60,000 nucleotides of DNA from Callorhinchus milii (taxonomy: Eukaryota), in NCBI RefSeq assembly GCF_018977255.1, contig NW_024704742.1:116748001-116808000 (forward strand), read 5' to 3'. Within the stretch, counting starts at the first letter, position 1, and every line of letters starts with the position of its first letter. The notes under the pieces were generated by a model. It saw only the letters and a list, made by a program, of their open reading frames with translations, was not told the DNA's origin and did no database searches. Below, piece by piece: positions 23,434 to 35,930 of the stretch. Both the position numbers and the translations under genes were made by a program.

Positions 23434-24451
23434 TAAGTAGAAATAATGTAAATATCGAGCAAAACAAGTGCAACGTACCTGCTCACCGTGTGAAACCGCA
23501 CACCACTTGGCATCAACCAACCGTCACAACGACTTCACAGGACATCACACAATACACCGCTGCACTGGGGCCCACAATGCCGCCCACTGAAGGCTGAAGG
23601 GTAAGAGTGTCTGAGCATCAGTGCGCATCCAACACTTGGAAACACACTACTGCCCTCGGTCTGGCACACCTGATGCCATTTTATTTGCTTATGTGTTCTG
23701 GTGAGATCTTCATAAGCAGCTTGAACATTGTGCTTTTTAAAATAATCCTCCGGTATGGCTTTACATACTATTCTCTTTGTATGTAAAGTGGAATCCCACA
23801 TCTCTAAATTCCCCTCTCTAAATTGTCCACCAAGTGATACAGTCTCGGGGACAATCACCTGATTGAAACCTGCTTAATGGTCTTCCTTAAAAAAATAAAC
23901 TTATGATGCCTGTCATGTGCACTTTATACAGTACAGTAATCGCTCATTCATTGTGAAAAATAATCAGCGATTGCTACGGTATGTAAAAGTGTAATTATTT
24001 TAGCTGTCACAATCTAATCAACCTTAAAAATGATAGGCGGCATAAACTGGGCTAATATTTAAAACGGTTTATACAACATAGTTATAGGGAAAGGGGAGGT
24101 AAATGGGATTGAAAGGATTTCCCAGTTTTTAGAGAGATGAACTAGGGCTTTGCATTCTCAATAAATACATTTTAGAAGTAACCTTATAAAAGTACAACCA
24201 GAACAATACTCGTGGATGTGCAAAACATTGGGCAAGTTTCCTTACTCCACATGCCTCTGTTTACCTAGCACTAAGTAGGAACCATGTTCAAACTTTTTTT
24301 AAAAATAATATTCTTGTTTGCTCTTACCACTAAACAGTATTTGTACTTAAAATTATCTACTGTAAATACTTGTCTGGATTATCTAATGTAATCAGTCAGG
24401 GATGCCACAACTTGCAGAGTAGCAGGAATGTTTTCTTTTTATCGATTTAAC

Positions 24452-24668
24452 AAGCAGAGTGATCTTCAGTTCGTTCAGTCCATTTATGTTGTGTTACCTA
24501 GTGCTTTATGCATTATTATTATTTATATTAGATATGCAAAATGTTCCAGTACAAACTAAAGCAGTGTGATCTTTGGTTCAGTCCATTTATGTTGTGTTAC
24601 CTAATGCTTCATGCATTATTATTATTTATATTAGAGATGCAAAATGCTCCAGTACAAACTAAGGCAGA
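24452..24668 (+). repeat. Tandem duplication, 2 x ~105 bp
   Basis: GTTCAGTCCATTTATGTTGTGTTACCTA...CCAGTACAAACTAA occurs twice. Confidence 0.9.
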
Positions 24669-25374
24669 CAATCATTTCTTAAAATAACTAATCACTGTTA
24701 ACCATCCCCAACAAGTGGAAGTGACATTCCTGATAGCATGAAAACACATGCAGTGATTTCCACCTACAAATCTCAGTGTAATATCTCTGAAGCCCACCAC
24801 CTGCTCCCTCAACCCCATCCTTACCCCTCTGCTGACCTCCAGCTCCACCTCCTCGCTCCACTATTCACGGACATCATCAACCTTTATTTTAATCTCAGTT
24901 AAAAGTTCAAAATTTAAATTCAATGAGCAGGTGCTGTTAGCAGAAGAGTTTCTTCTTAGCCAGACTGAAAGGTACTTTATCAGAATCACAATTCTCTACC
25001 CAGTCAGAAACGAGTCTTTTCAATTATGTATTTAAAAAAGTAATTCAATATGGATACATATCTGTCGTTCCTGATACTAAGTGATTCTCAGTTCATATGA
25101 TTCCTGAAGTCTCTGGCTGAATTCAGAATGTCACCCCTTGATGTGGATGGTTGCAATTCTTCTGCATTATAATACATATTATGTATTTGTACCTAAAGGT
25201 ATATCCTGCCATAATGCCCTATTTAATGCAACAAATGTTGTTGGGATCCTACTGGAATGCACCACCATTAAAGCACTTCAATTTCACCTATCAACGAGGC
25301 TCTAGAGTTCCTCCGAGACATTATTTTACATGAAAGGCACTCACAAAAGAAATATATATAGATGTGTGAATGCA

Positions 25375-26594
25375 AGTTGTTGTCTCTGCCGCCTTCGACA
25401 CTGTTGACCATTCCATCCTCATACACCGCCTCTTCTTTACTTAACTTTCACAGACCTGCCCTTGCCTGGATCGAATCCTATCTCTCTCACCGTCTCCACT
25501 TTGTTGCCTCTAACGGTTTCTCCTCCAGCCCCCACACTGTCATGTCTGGTGTCCCCCAGGGCTCTGTCGTTGGCCTTCTCCTCTTTAATATCTACATGGT
25601 CCCCCTTGGTGACATCATCCGCAGACATGGGGTCAACTTCCACATGTATGCGGATGACACCCAACTTTATCTTTCTGCCTCCACCCTCAACTCCAAAACC
25701 ACTGCTGTCCTGACAGATTGCCTGTCGGACATCAAGTCCTGGATGAGGGCAAATTTTCTACAGTTGAATGTGAACAAGACTGAGGCCCTCCTGATTGGCT
25801 CACGACAGCGCCTCTGGACCTCAGGCTCTGGCAACATCAACCTCCATGGTTGCACATTTCAACTCACCGCCAGTCAGGAACCTAGGTGTCTTGTTCGACC
25901 CTCAACTGTCTTTTCTTCCTCGCATCCAAGCCATGACACGCTCTGCCTTCCCTCACCGCCCAACTCCGCCACTACCTCACCCCTCAGGCCGCTGAAACTC
26001 TTATTCATGCCTTCATCATCTCCAGGCTCAACTATGCAAACGCCCTGCTTGTCGGCCTTCCCAACTCCTCCCTCCACAGGCTGCTGATAATCCAGAACTC
26101 TGCAGCCCGTGTCCTCTCCCGCACCAAACTCCGTGACCCCATCTCCCCCATTCTCGCCCAACTTCATTGGCTCCCTATACTTCAGAGGATCCAGTTCAAA
26201 ATCCTGGTCCTCATCTACAAAGTCTTCCATGTCCTTGCCCCACTTCACCTTTGCGACCTCCTAACCCCCTATCAACTCGCCGGCTCCCTCACTCAGCCGG
26301 CTCCGGCCTGCTCCATGTCCCCCGACCCACCCGCCCCACCATTGGCGGGAGAGCCTTCAGCCACTCTGCCCCCAACCTCTGGAATTCCATCCCCCAATCA
26401 CTCTGCCTCGCCCCCTCCTTAGCCTCCTTCAAGTCCCGACGCAAGACCCTCCTGTTCGACCATGCCATTGGTCACCCCCCTTCCCTTCCCCTCTCCCACC
26501 CAGCTCAGGTCTGAAATGCTGTACACTGTCCAGTGCCTTGGGACGTCCTCCCAATGTGAAATGCTGTACAAATGTAATGTTGTTGTTGTTGTTG
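25375..26594 (+). mobile_element. 5'-truncated L2-clade LINE: frameshifted RT fragment plus 3' end
   Basis: GVPQGS...LLFNIY...YADDTQLY and LQLNVNKTE motifs, followed by the shared 3' end and (TTG)n tail. Confidence 0.92.
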
Positions 26595-27104
26595 CTCATG
26601 CATTATAATAATATTCACCTGGGATTTGATATACTGTTTATTGTGTCTTATAAAACATCCCAAAGAGCTTCATGGGATGTTTGACAGTGAAGGATAGTAA
26701 TTATACGCTAATCATGGAGACTAATTATTTTTGATTCTGGAGCTATTCAGCATCAAACAAAATCTAAAATGTGCTAAATCTAAAATCATTTATTTAAACA
26801 ACGTCATAGGAGAGAGAGAGAAATTTTGGCAGATGAAAATAAGATGAAACCAGCAGAGAATCAGGTGATGATGGAAAATGCTGGCATTCTGGGTGAAGGT
26901 GTAAAAGAAAATATTTTTCAAAAATCCTAGAACATAAGCAGTTGCTAGGCGAAAGAAGATTGAGGTCCATCTAGTTCGCCTTCCAACATCCCATCAGTCG
27001 CTTGATATGTCATGTCCCAAACTATATATTGTATCTCAAGATATTATTTTCCAGTAGAAATCTCTCTAATTTGTTCTTGAAACAAACAACACTTCCTGCT
27101 TCCC

Positions 27105-27470
27105 TAGGGATCCTATGCAAACTCTCTGCTTGTCGGCCTCCCCAACCCCTCCCTCCATAGGCTACAGATCATCCAGAACGCTACAGCCCATGTCCTCTCC
27201 CGTACCAGGTTCCTATCATGCCCATCCTCGCCCAACTCCTCTGGCTTCCCACCACACAAAAGATACAGTTCAAGATCCTGGTCCTCACCTTCAAAGCCCT
27301 CCATGGCCTTGCTCCCCTTTACCTTTGCTTTCGGGCACCCTACTTCCTTCGCTCTTGTCCACCCTCCCCGATCCCGATCCCCAGCTCGGGTCCGAAACAC
27401 TGATGGTCCAGCGCCTTGGGACGTCCTCTCAACATGAAAGGTGCTATACAAATGTAATTTTGTTGTTGCT
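27105..27470 (+). mobile_element. L2 LINE 3' fragment
   Basis: IQFKILVLTFKALHGLAP motif plus tail. Confidence 0.85.
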
Positions 27471-28857
27471 GAGAGCCCTGAAGGCAGAGTCAGCTTTACG
27501 GGGTATATCTATTTGTCAAAGCTCATCACATGAGGACCTGAATTAAGCAGCTGATGTTGAGTAAACCTGGCTTGGACCTCTAGAACATGAATTTGGCATG
27601 TCACATACTACCACGTAAATGTCTTTGCAGGCTGATGTCCATTGAATAGCTGATGATGAACCTCTGAGGCGCGGGGCGACAGGTCCTGGAAGGTATTACC
27701 TGGAGTCCAAATTTGTGAACATTTGCTCAAATATCCAGAATTTGGTATCCACTTTGATTGGTGTGCAAAGAGATAAGCATGTGCTGCTCCGAGATGCTAA
27801 CCCTGAAGGGTGCTATATAAATGCATGTTGTTGTTGCTCACGCTCTACACCTCCAACTGGTGGAACCAGCACACAATGGGAGTGATGTGTATCCACATCG
27901 TGAACAGGAGGATGGTGGCAGTGTTCTCATTCATTTCATTTCTGCTGCTCACCAGGAAGCTCAAAGGGAATTTCTGGTACCTGCTATGCACCCAGAAAGG
28001 GCTCTTACCTGCATTTGTCGGATGCCAAATGATCAAGTATCCTCCGGTGGCGGGTGGTGGGGGTGGGGGGGTGGTTAGCAGAGTCTTCTGCTAACATGTC
28101 GCAGTCAAATCAGCCCTCTGAGGTGATCTTGGGAGTCCAATTTGTGAGCCAAGCAGGTCCAAAGTGCTCCAGAGCACTGCTGATAATGGACCAACCAGCA
28201 TGGCTTATCATTAGGTTTCGGTGGGACAGACCGGTCAATGAGAGAGCAGGGGATCTTCCTATTTGGGTCCTGTTAATCCTCCGAGCCAAAGCCCTGTTGT
28301 CTAGGGTCCTACCTGAACAAGCAGTGGAAAACATGCTCTTAGTTGTAAGATATGTTTTTATCCCTCAGATAAAAATAATTCCAGCAGTATGTACCCTACT
28401 TAGTGCCCAAACCTTTGCTCTCGCCTGCCCCTAATACTCTCCAGAATTAGGTAAGCAGGGTGCTTCCCTCCAGGAAGAGAGAGCACATTTCATTCCAGAC
28501 ACAGAGAAATATGTGTAGGTAATATGCGTGGTACACGGATGGATCAAATAGCTTTCTTCTGTATTGTAAATTTCTATGTATGTGGAATTCTGAGTCAGGT
28601 TCAGATATTCATACAGTCAATGCTGACACAACAATTGCATTGCTGCTAGGGTGTTGCATTGCCGAAGGTGCCATCCTATAGATGAGTCGTTATACCAAGG
28701 TCAAGTCTACCTGTTTAGGTGGACATAAAAGATCTCATGGCTTCTTCTGTGGCATAAATTTTGATGGTTCTATAGGAAACAAACAAGTCAAGGAAGATTG
28801 GCACTCAAGATACACGAATTACAGGCATGATGGGGTATTGGGATAATAATAATTATC

Positions 28858-29012
28858 TGTAACAAAAACAGAAGTCCCTGAGAACACTCAGAGGGTCAAG
28901 CAACATCTATGGAGAAAGGGAAGAGAGTCAACGTTTTGGGTCCACGACCCTTCATCAGAGACTTCTGTTTTTGTTTCAGATTTCCAGCATCTGCAGTATT
29001 TTGTGTTTTGCT
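28858..29012. mobile_element. Penelope-like palindromic terminal-repeat fragment
   Basis: Same family as 14938-15102, with a hammerhead-like core on the minus strand. Confidence 0.6.
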
Positions 29013-29849
29013 TTATATGTTTGGGACGTCCTCCTGACGTGAAAGGCGCTTTATAAATGGAATCTTGTTGTTGTTGTTGTTGTTATAATAATCTGCATTT
29101 GGTATAGCGCCTTTCACGTTGGGAGGACATCTCAAAGCCCTTCACAGGTTTCCACTGGAGTGATTTTGTATTTGTAGGTGAACTCAGCAACCAATTTGTA
29201 TACAGCACTGTTCCACAAACACAATAATAATAATAAATTTTGCATTTGATGATGTGCCTTATCATATCTTCGAGACTTCTCAAAGCGCTTCACAGAATAT
29301 ACTGCAAATAGACTGTAATATTTTGTGGGAAAAGCACAATGAAGTGAATGACCAATTTTTTTAATTTAAGGGATTGTTGGACACCGGAATAATGATTAGT
29401 GCCATAAGACCTTTAACGTCTACCTGAACAGGAAAACAGGACCTTGGTTTTAATGTCTCATTCAAAGGATAGCTTCTCTGACAATGCACCAGACTGCTGC
29501 GTCTCGCTCACAAAGTATACAGTCAATTCAATTAACTTTACAGTAGAATCATAGCCCATCGTGTCCGTGCCGGCTCTTTGAAAAGCGCTTCCAATTCAAT
29601 CCCACTCCCCCGCCGCTCTCCCCATAGCCCTGCAAACCTGTCCTCCCCAAATAATTATCGTGAAAGTTGTTATCGAGTCGGCTTCCACCGCCCTTTTCAG
29701 GCAACGCGCCCCAGTTTGTCCTGCGAAGCGCTTGGAGACGTCTCGGAAGACCTGATAAGACGCTCTTATCAAATGCAAGAGGATGATGGTGCTGCTGATG
29801 ATGATTATTATCATTATTATTTCCCACTCCATCCTCTCCCACCCACTCG

Positions 29850-30130
29850 CGAAGGTACCCGCGGGCCAATCAGGGCGAGCTCGGGGCGCAGCCTCCCTCC
29901 GCAGTGGCCCGTTTCTCGCTGGCGAGATCACGTGAGCGGCTCGTGAAGCCGAGCGGCCAATGGGACGAGCCGTCGTAGCCGGGTGACGTGCTGGCTCCGG
30001 GGGGGGGAGGGCGGGAGCTCGGCCAATCGGAGGAGCGGAAAAATCGGACGATGCGGGCTCGCCATTTTGGTCGGAGGCTGTCAAACCGCTCCCTCTTCCC
30101 GGAGCCGCTCTCACTGACATCACCGCGGCG
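29850..30130 (+). promoter_or_regulatory. HMGCR: HMGCR proximal promoter in a CpG island (island ~29550-31100)
   Basis: CCAAT at 29866, 29957 and 30023; ATCACGTGA (SREBP-type E-box) at 29927-35; CRE-like TGACGTG at 29984-90; GC box GGGAGGGCGGG ~30005-15; YY1-like GCCATTTT at 30061; SRE-like ATCACCGC at 30119. Confidence 0.8.
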
Positions 30131-30254
30131 AGACGGAGCCCCGCTTCCCACCACTGTTTAATTTATATTATTGTTGTTCGTTTATTTTTTTATATTAAAA
30201 AAAAGGAAAGACTCTTCCCCCCCCACTCCCCCGACACACGCACGCACACCCGGG
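30065..30254 (+). other. HMGCR: HMGCR non-coding exon 1 (start approximate)
   Basis: Donor GG|GTGAGT at 30255 downstream of the promoter. Vertebrate HMGCR has an untranslated exon 1. TSS cannot be fixed from sequence. Confidence 0.6.
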
Positions 30255-30798
30255 GTGAGTAACGTGCCGTTGCCGACAGGTTATTTGAATCGAGTTTTTT
30301 TTACTTCGAGCCGCGGTTACCGGCAGCGCGTGAGGCGGTTCCTCGCTGACCGATGTAATGCGGTGGTTTCGCGATCGGCCGTCCCTCCCCCCACAACTCC
30401 ACCGATTCGTCCTTTTATAACGCGTCCGCGGTTTCCGTTCAATCCCCGGTAATTAATTTTTTTATTATTATTTTTCACTCGACGGCGACGGCGGCGGCGA
30501 TTTTACGGCCGTCCGGTTTTGACAGCGGGCAAAACGGGTTCCTTTTCGGCCGAAGCATCTTCCGCTGAAGGTCACCTGCGCTTACCCCCCCCCCCGCCCG
30601 CTCCTCGGGAAGGTGCGGAGCGGCACTGCCCCGACGTCGATTCCCGTTTACCCTGTGCTTCAAACGGAAATTCGAGACGTGTTTACGGGGGGGGATGTCA
30701 TTCCTCTTTACGCCTCACCCCTCCCGCTGTTCCTTCTCTCTCCCCCCCCCCCCTCTCTCTCTCCCTCTCTCCCCCCATTTTACTGTTATTTTCATTGT

Positions 30799-31117
30799 GG
30801 AGTCCTGTCGCTCAGTGGTTAGAGCACTCGCTTTGCAAGTCAGACACCTGGGTTCAATTCCCAGTCAGGGCGAAGCCTTGGGTAAGTTTCCTTACTCCAC
30901 ACGCCTGGTAATTATCCCTCCAAAACATCATCATAAATTGGTCATTTTCAATCCACGACTGTTCGCGGGACACTGCTGCGCGCAATTATTGGCGGCCGCG
31001 TTTCGCTCACAAATATTATACGGTCAATTCGCTTGACAGTCTATTCTGTGAAGCGCTTTGAGACGTCGAGAAGATGTGAAAAGCGCGATATCAAATGCAA
31101 GGATTATTATTATTATT
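30799..31117 (+). mobile_element. Full-length SINE inside the HMGCR CpG island
   Basis: Same head, core and tail, with many extra G/C substitutions. Confidence 0.9.
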
Positions 31118-32594
31118 TTGGAGTTCATGCGCCATATATTGTTTTTTTTAAACAAGTTGCGTTTATGCAGCACCATTTGTGTAAGATAAGGGCTCTGAAT
31201 ATTTTACCGTGAGGGATGTTTTGCAATGTTTAAACAGGCAGTTATATAATTTAGAGTGCAATTGTAGTCCATATGCTTTTCTTATTTGCAGAAGATAACC
31301 CACCCCCTTAATAGTAAACTATTTACAATGTATTGTGGACTGGGTAGGAGGATATTTAAGGGAAATCCCTAAAAGTACGTGGGTGGAAGCCACATGCAGA
31401 GTTCAAAAAAATAATATTCCCAAACACAGAATTAAATTACAAAACTCAATTTTAAAACTCAATACTTAGATTGACAATAACCTAACTATGTGTAAGCAGT
31501 TGGGAGATATGCACATGTAAGCATTTGGGAGATTGAGCTGAGTATTGGGGGAAAGCTTTGTGTGACTTACGTTGGCATATGGTCCAGGGTTTTACTACCA
31601 ATGTAGTACCACTACTAGTGGTATACTTACATGGATGCCACCCCTACAAAGCTACCCAACCAAGTGGCTATTATTTGTGTATGAGCGTTCATGGTAAGCG
31701 TCTACCATCTTTTGAATACAAACGGTGTCAAGGCAACCTCATTGCTGTCCTTAACCACATTTTTAACTGGCATAGCTCTGACTTAAAATGGTATTTTATT
31801 GCTAAATCAGATAAGTTCAGTTCCCACGAAGGCAAACTTGAGCTGTATAGCTTTCTGATCAAGCCACACCTAAAGCACTGCATACAGTTCTGGTTGACAT
31901 GAAGCAAGGAAGCTGTTCATGTTCAGAGGCAGTCCAGAAAAAGAGTAAAGAGGAGGATTCCAAGTGTCAAAACAATAAACTATGACTAGACAAGCTAGAA
32001 CTAGTTTAATATATAAAAGCAATCTAAGAGGGTGGTTTGTAATGTAATGGCTTATATAAGATTTTAGGTCTATCTGTTTTGACTACTTAACTACTTCACC
32101 TAATACACTCAACTCATCCATGCTATCAACATCTGCAGGCCTGATGTCTCCAATGCCTTCCTTCGCATCCTTCCCAGCTCGAGCCTTCACAAGATCAGCC
32201 TGTACTCTTTCCCAAGCCAGGTCTGTCACCCCCCCCACCCCATCCTCTCCAGACCGCCGTGGCTCCCTATTCCTCAAGAGACAGAGGAAACCTCTGCGGT
32301 TTCTCCGATGGTTCAGTTGATAAAGTGCAGCACTACTTTTTCAGTATTGCAATTTTAAGATATAAAGTATCAGCATCTTGCATTTTCTGATGTATTATGC
32401 TCGGACTCCTTTTCCACAATTAGTTGAGAGCTTTTACAGCGAAATGTCAAGCTGCCTCACTTGAGTCCTTCTGGGAATCCCTAAGAGTAAAGTTTGTGAA
32501 CTCTGTTCTTTCTTTATTGCTTTTCTGCAAAACAAGGCATAGGATTTATTTGTGTGCCTTGTAGCAAATTCTTGTGCTGCCTGCCAATAAAAGT

Positions 32595-32941
32595 GGAGTC
32601 CTGTAGCTCACTAGTTAGAGCAACCGCCTCACAAGTGAGAGGACCTGTGTTTGATTCTCGGGCAGGTTTCCTTACGCCACACGCCTCTGTTCACCTAGCA
32701 GTAAGTAGGAAACCGGTTAGTCGATTGGCGGATCGCTTTTCTGGGGGTAATAATCCCACCAAAAAAAAAATAATTTTGTTATTCAATCCACAACTGTTGT
32801 GGGTCACTGCTCTGCTGAATTGGCTGCCACGTTTCGCCCATAAAATATACAGTCAATTCACTTTACAGTATATTCTGTGAAGCGCTTTGAGACATCTTGA
32901 AAACGCGATAAGGCGCTATATAAAATGCAAGGATTATTGTT
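32595..32941 (+). mobile_element. SINE, related subfamily, with TSD ATAAAAG(T/A)G
   Basis: tRNA head plus Deu core. TSD at 32587-95 and 32942-50. Confidence 0.85.
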
Positions 32942-34337
32942 ATAAAAGAGTAGTGAAAGTTTGAAACAGAAGTTTTCTAAATGTTGTTTTCAGTACTTTT
33001 GACGACAGAAATTCCTTATTTTGTTTTGAAGATATGTTTTACTAAGTTTTTTTTTTAGCTGTTCTTTTTTTGGTCAGCCGGATGTCTTGACACATGTGGA
33101 AACCCATCACCATGCTTAAAATTATTCAAACCAAACTGAAAATTCCACGCATCCCACCTAGACATGGAAATCCCAGGGATAGATTGTTGGAATGGAAGGT
33201 GCACACTCTCCCTGGAGGGACACATCCTGCTTACCTAATTCCGGAAAGTATTAGGCGCAGTTTGGCAAGATCCAAGGCTTGGGGATCCCAGAGTGTGCTT
33301 TGGGGTACTGCTGGAGTCTAACCAGCTAAAACCGTAGAGCTTGCCATTGATATTGCTGTCTGGCAAACTTTCCCACTGCATGTCCAGCTAGGATCACCCC
33401 ACCCATTAGTGTCATTGATATTTCTTAATGAAGCTGTTCCAAGATAGTATTTTCATAAATAATTTCACATTAAATTTAGATGGAAAGTTTGAATATTTTT
33501 GGTTGAATAATTCCTGGATTGCAATCTTTAGTACATGGAAAAAGGATAAAGTTAAATTGTTCATATTACTGTGCTGCTAATGAAGTGAGTTTTCATGGGT
33601 GGAATGGTTTTCTAAACTGCAATAGTAAGATTTGCATTATATGTGCATGTTTTGTGCATGTTTGTTTAGCCCTAATAAATCATTTTGGCATGTGGTGAAG
33701 AATTGGATAAAAACAGATGTTTTAATAGCCTGAATAAATACACAATTTGGAGTTCATTATTGTTAGATTATACAGTGAACATACTGGTAACATAAATGCA
33801 CACAAATCAAATAGATAAACAATAATAGCTGGGCACAGCAGTCTCCAGCTGGGGTGTTAGAGATAAATGGTTGCAACTAATTGTATTTAACTGTCGAGGT
33901 GCCAGCGTTCTGATGGGAAGTCATAACCTTGATAAATTTGATTTCACAGTGATGCAATAAGATTGTAATACTGTCAAGCTGCCGCACCCAAGTCCTGTGA
34001 ATCCCCAAGAGTAAAGCTCAGGAATTTTGTGTTTTCTTTATTGTTCCCCTGCAAAACTAGGTGTAGGATTTATTTTTGTGCCAATGTAGCAAGTTCTTGT
34101 ACTGCCTACCAGTAAAAGTGTAATGAAAGTTTGAAACAGAAGTTTTCTATATTCTGTACCTTGTTATTTGTTTCATATCGATGCAATAAATTGCAATAAT
34201 GTCAAGCTGTCTTACGTGAGTCGTTCTGGAAATCCCCAAGAGTAAAGTTTGGGAATTTTGTGATGTTATAGATTGTTTTAGAGTTATCTGTTGCATTCAA
34301 GTTGAATGTGAATGAACGGATGACAGTAAAATAGCTA

Positions 34338-34652
34338 TAATAATAATAATAATCCTTGCATTGGATTTAGCGCTTTTCGCTTCTTCTAGACATCTCAAAG
34401 CACTTCACGGAATATGCTGTAAAGTGAATTGATTGTATATTTGTGGGCGAAACGCAGCAGCCAATTGCACACAGCAATGTCCCACAAACAGTCATGGATT
34501 GAAAATGACCAATTTATTATTGTTTTGGTTTTGGAGGGATTATTATTAGGCGTGTGGAGTAAGGAAACTTGCCCAAGGTTTTGTCCTGCCAGGAATTGAA
34601 CCCAGGTGTCTCGCTTGCAAAGCAAGTGCTCTAACCACTGAGCTACTGGACT
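34338..34652 (-). mobile_element. Full-length SINE
   Basis: Reverse complement of the same family. Confidence 0.9.
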
Positions 34653-35299
34653 TTGAGCTTTTACTGTGCCATTGGAATCTATGCTCACGTATATTTGGGA
34701 ACTGTTAACTTGGAAATGTGGTATAAAGTTACCAAATAAAAGTTTGATGCATTTTAATGCCAATTTGACCTGCATTACTGGGGCTGCTTTGAGTGTGTGT
34801 GTGTGTGTGTGTGAGAGTCACAGTTTCAAATCTGCATTCAGTTGTTGTCAAGTATTAGCACATTGCAGCTTTACAAACTTAATTTGGAACCAGAAGAGGA
34901 TTCATCTTCTTGGAACAGCCAAAAATAGTGTCAGGGTTTTCTAAATTGCTATGACGCACTTCAATATTCCTTCATTGTGAAGTACATATTTGCCATAGGA
35001 TTGTTTATCAGGTTTCTTCATTTTCAAAGGTGTGTTGTGCTCCGTTAAGGTCACAGTATATCTTGGAGCTAATTAGGTTATTAAAAAGGTGCTAGGCAAT
35101 ACTGGAATAAACAATAGACAGTATAGCAGAAATGTTGCTTCTGATGTGTAGTACGTGCGACTAACTAAGCAAATGCTGGTTGGTTCTGTGATGTCTTATC
35201 CACTGTTGTTAATGTAGCTTTTACAATAGGAAGCAAACAAAAAATGCCAGACTCCTTGTGTACTGCTTTGCCTTTGAAACCCATGATTTAAATCCATTG

Positions 35300-35930
35300 A
35301 GATGCTGACTGATTCTAACTACCCCCCAACTATCATCCACATCTATGCTCTCGCACGCTTAGATTTCCCTCATGTCTGCAATATTGCATGCTGTGCATGC
35401 CTTTCCTCTTGGGTGCCCGAGACGCACCTTTATTTTTCCCAGATTTGGTTATGCCAATACTCCGCTGGACTTCCCTGCATAAGATGCAGTCTATTCAAGA
35501 CTTTGTACCCGATGTCCTCTCCTGAGCCAGCTCCACATCCTTGCTCGGATTCACTGTTTCCTCATCCCTCAGTGGATCGAATTCAAAATCTTTGTTGTTG
35601 CATTTAAATCCTTTCATGGGCTAGCCCCTACCCCACCTCCGCAACCTCCTTCACCAACCCAAGTGTTCCCTTCAGTTGGCCGACACTGGCCTGATCCACA
35701 TCCCCCTCTATCCACCCCAGCTTCAGCGGCTTTCAGCCAATTGGCACCTGCTCTATGAAGCTCCTGTTAACTTTCTCTCTCCCTCTTCCTTCTTCCAAGA
35801 TATGCCTTGAAATGTACATCTTTAACTATGTTTTCTGGCTTCTTGCCCCCCCACCCTCCCAGGTCTGGTCCCCAGCCCGAAATGTCAAACACTTTGGGAT
35901 GTTCTCCTGACGTGAATTGTATTGTTATTT
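35300..35930 (+). mobile_element. Degraded L2 fragment
   Basis: C-rich L2 homology and 3' tail. Confidence 0.65.

Noticed and set aside
22589..23597. Long ORFs (283, 210, 137 aa) over the CpG island and G-rich repeat
   Set aside because: Stop-poor GC-rich, low-complexity sequence. Only the 98-nt minus-strand exon has homology support.
25362..26087. 241-aa reverse transcriptase ORF as a functional or domesticated gene
   Set aside because: 5'-truncated, frameshifted L2 copy with a typical tail and no endonuclease domain.
27560..28434. ORF cluster in the intergenic region (85-126 aa)
   Set aside because: No recognisable domain or splice chain, and interrupted by a LINE-tail remnant. Probably degraded TE.
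29549..31036. Multiple overlapping ORFs at the HMGCR promoter
   Set aside because: CpG-island and TE artefacts with no recognisable protein.
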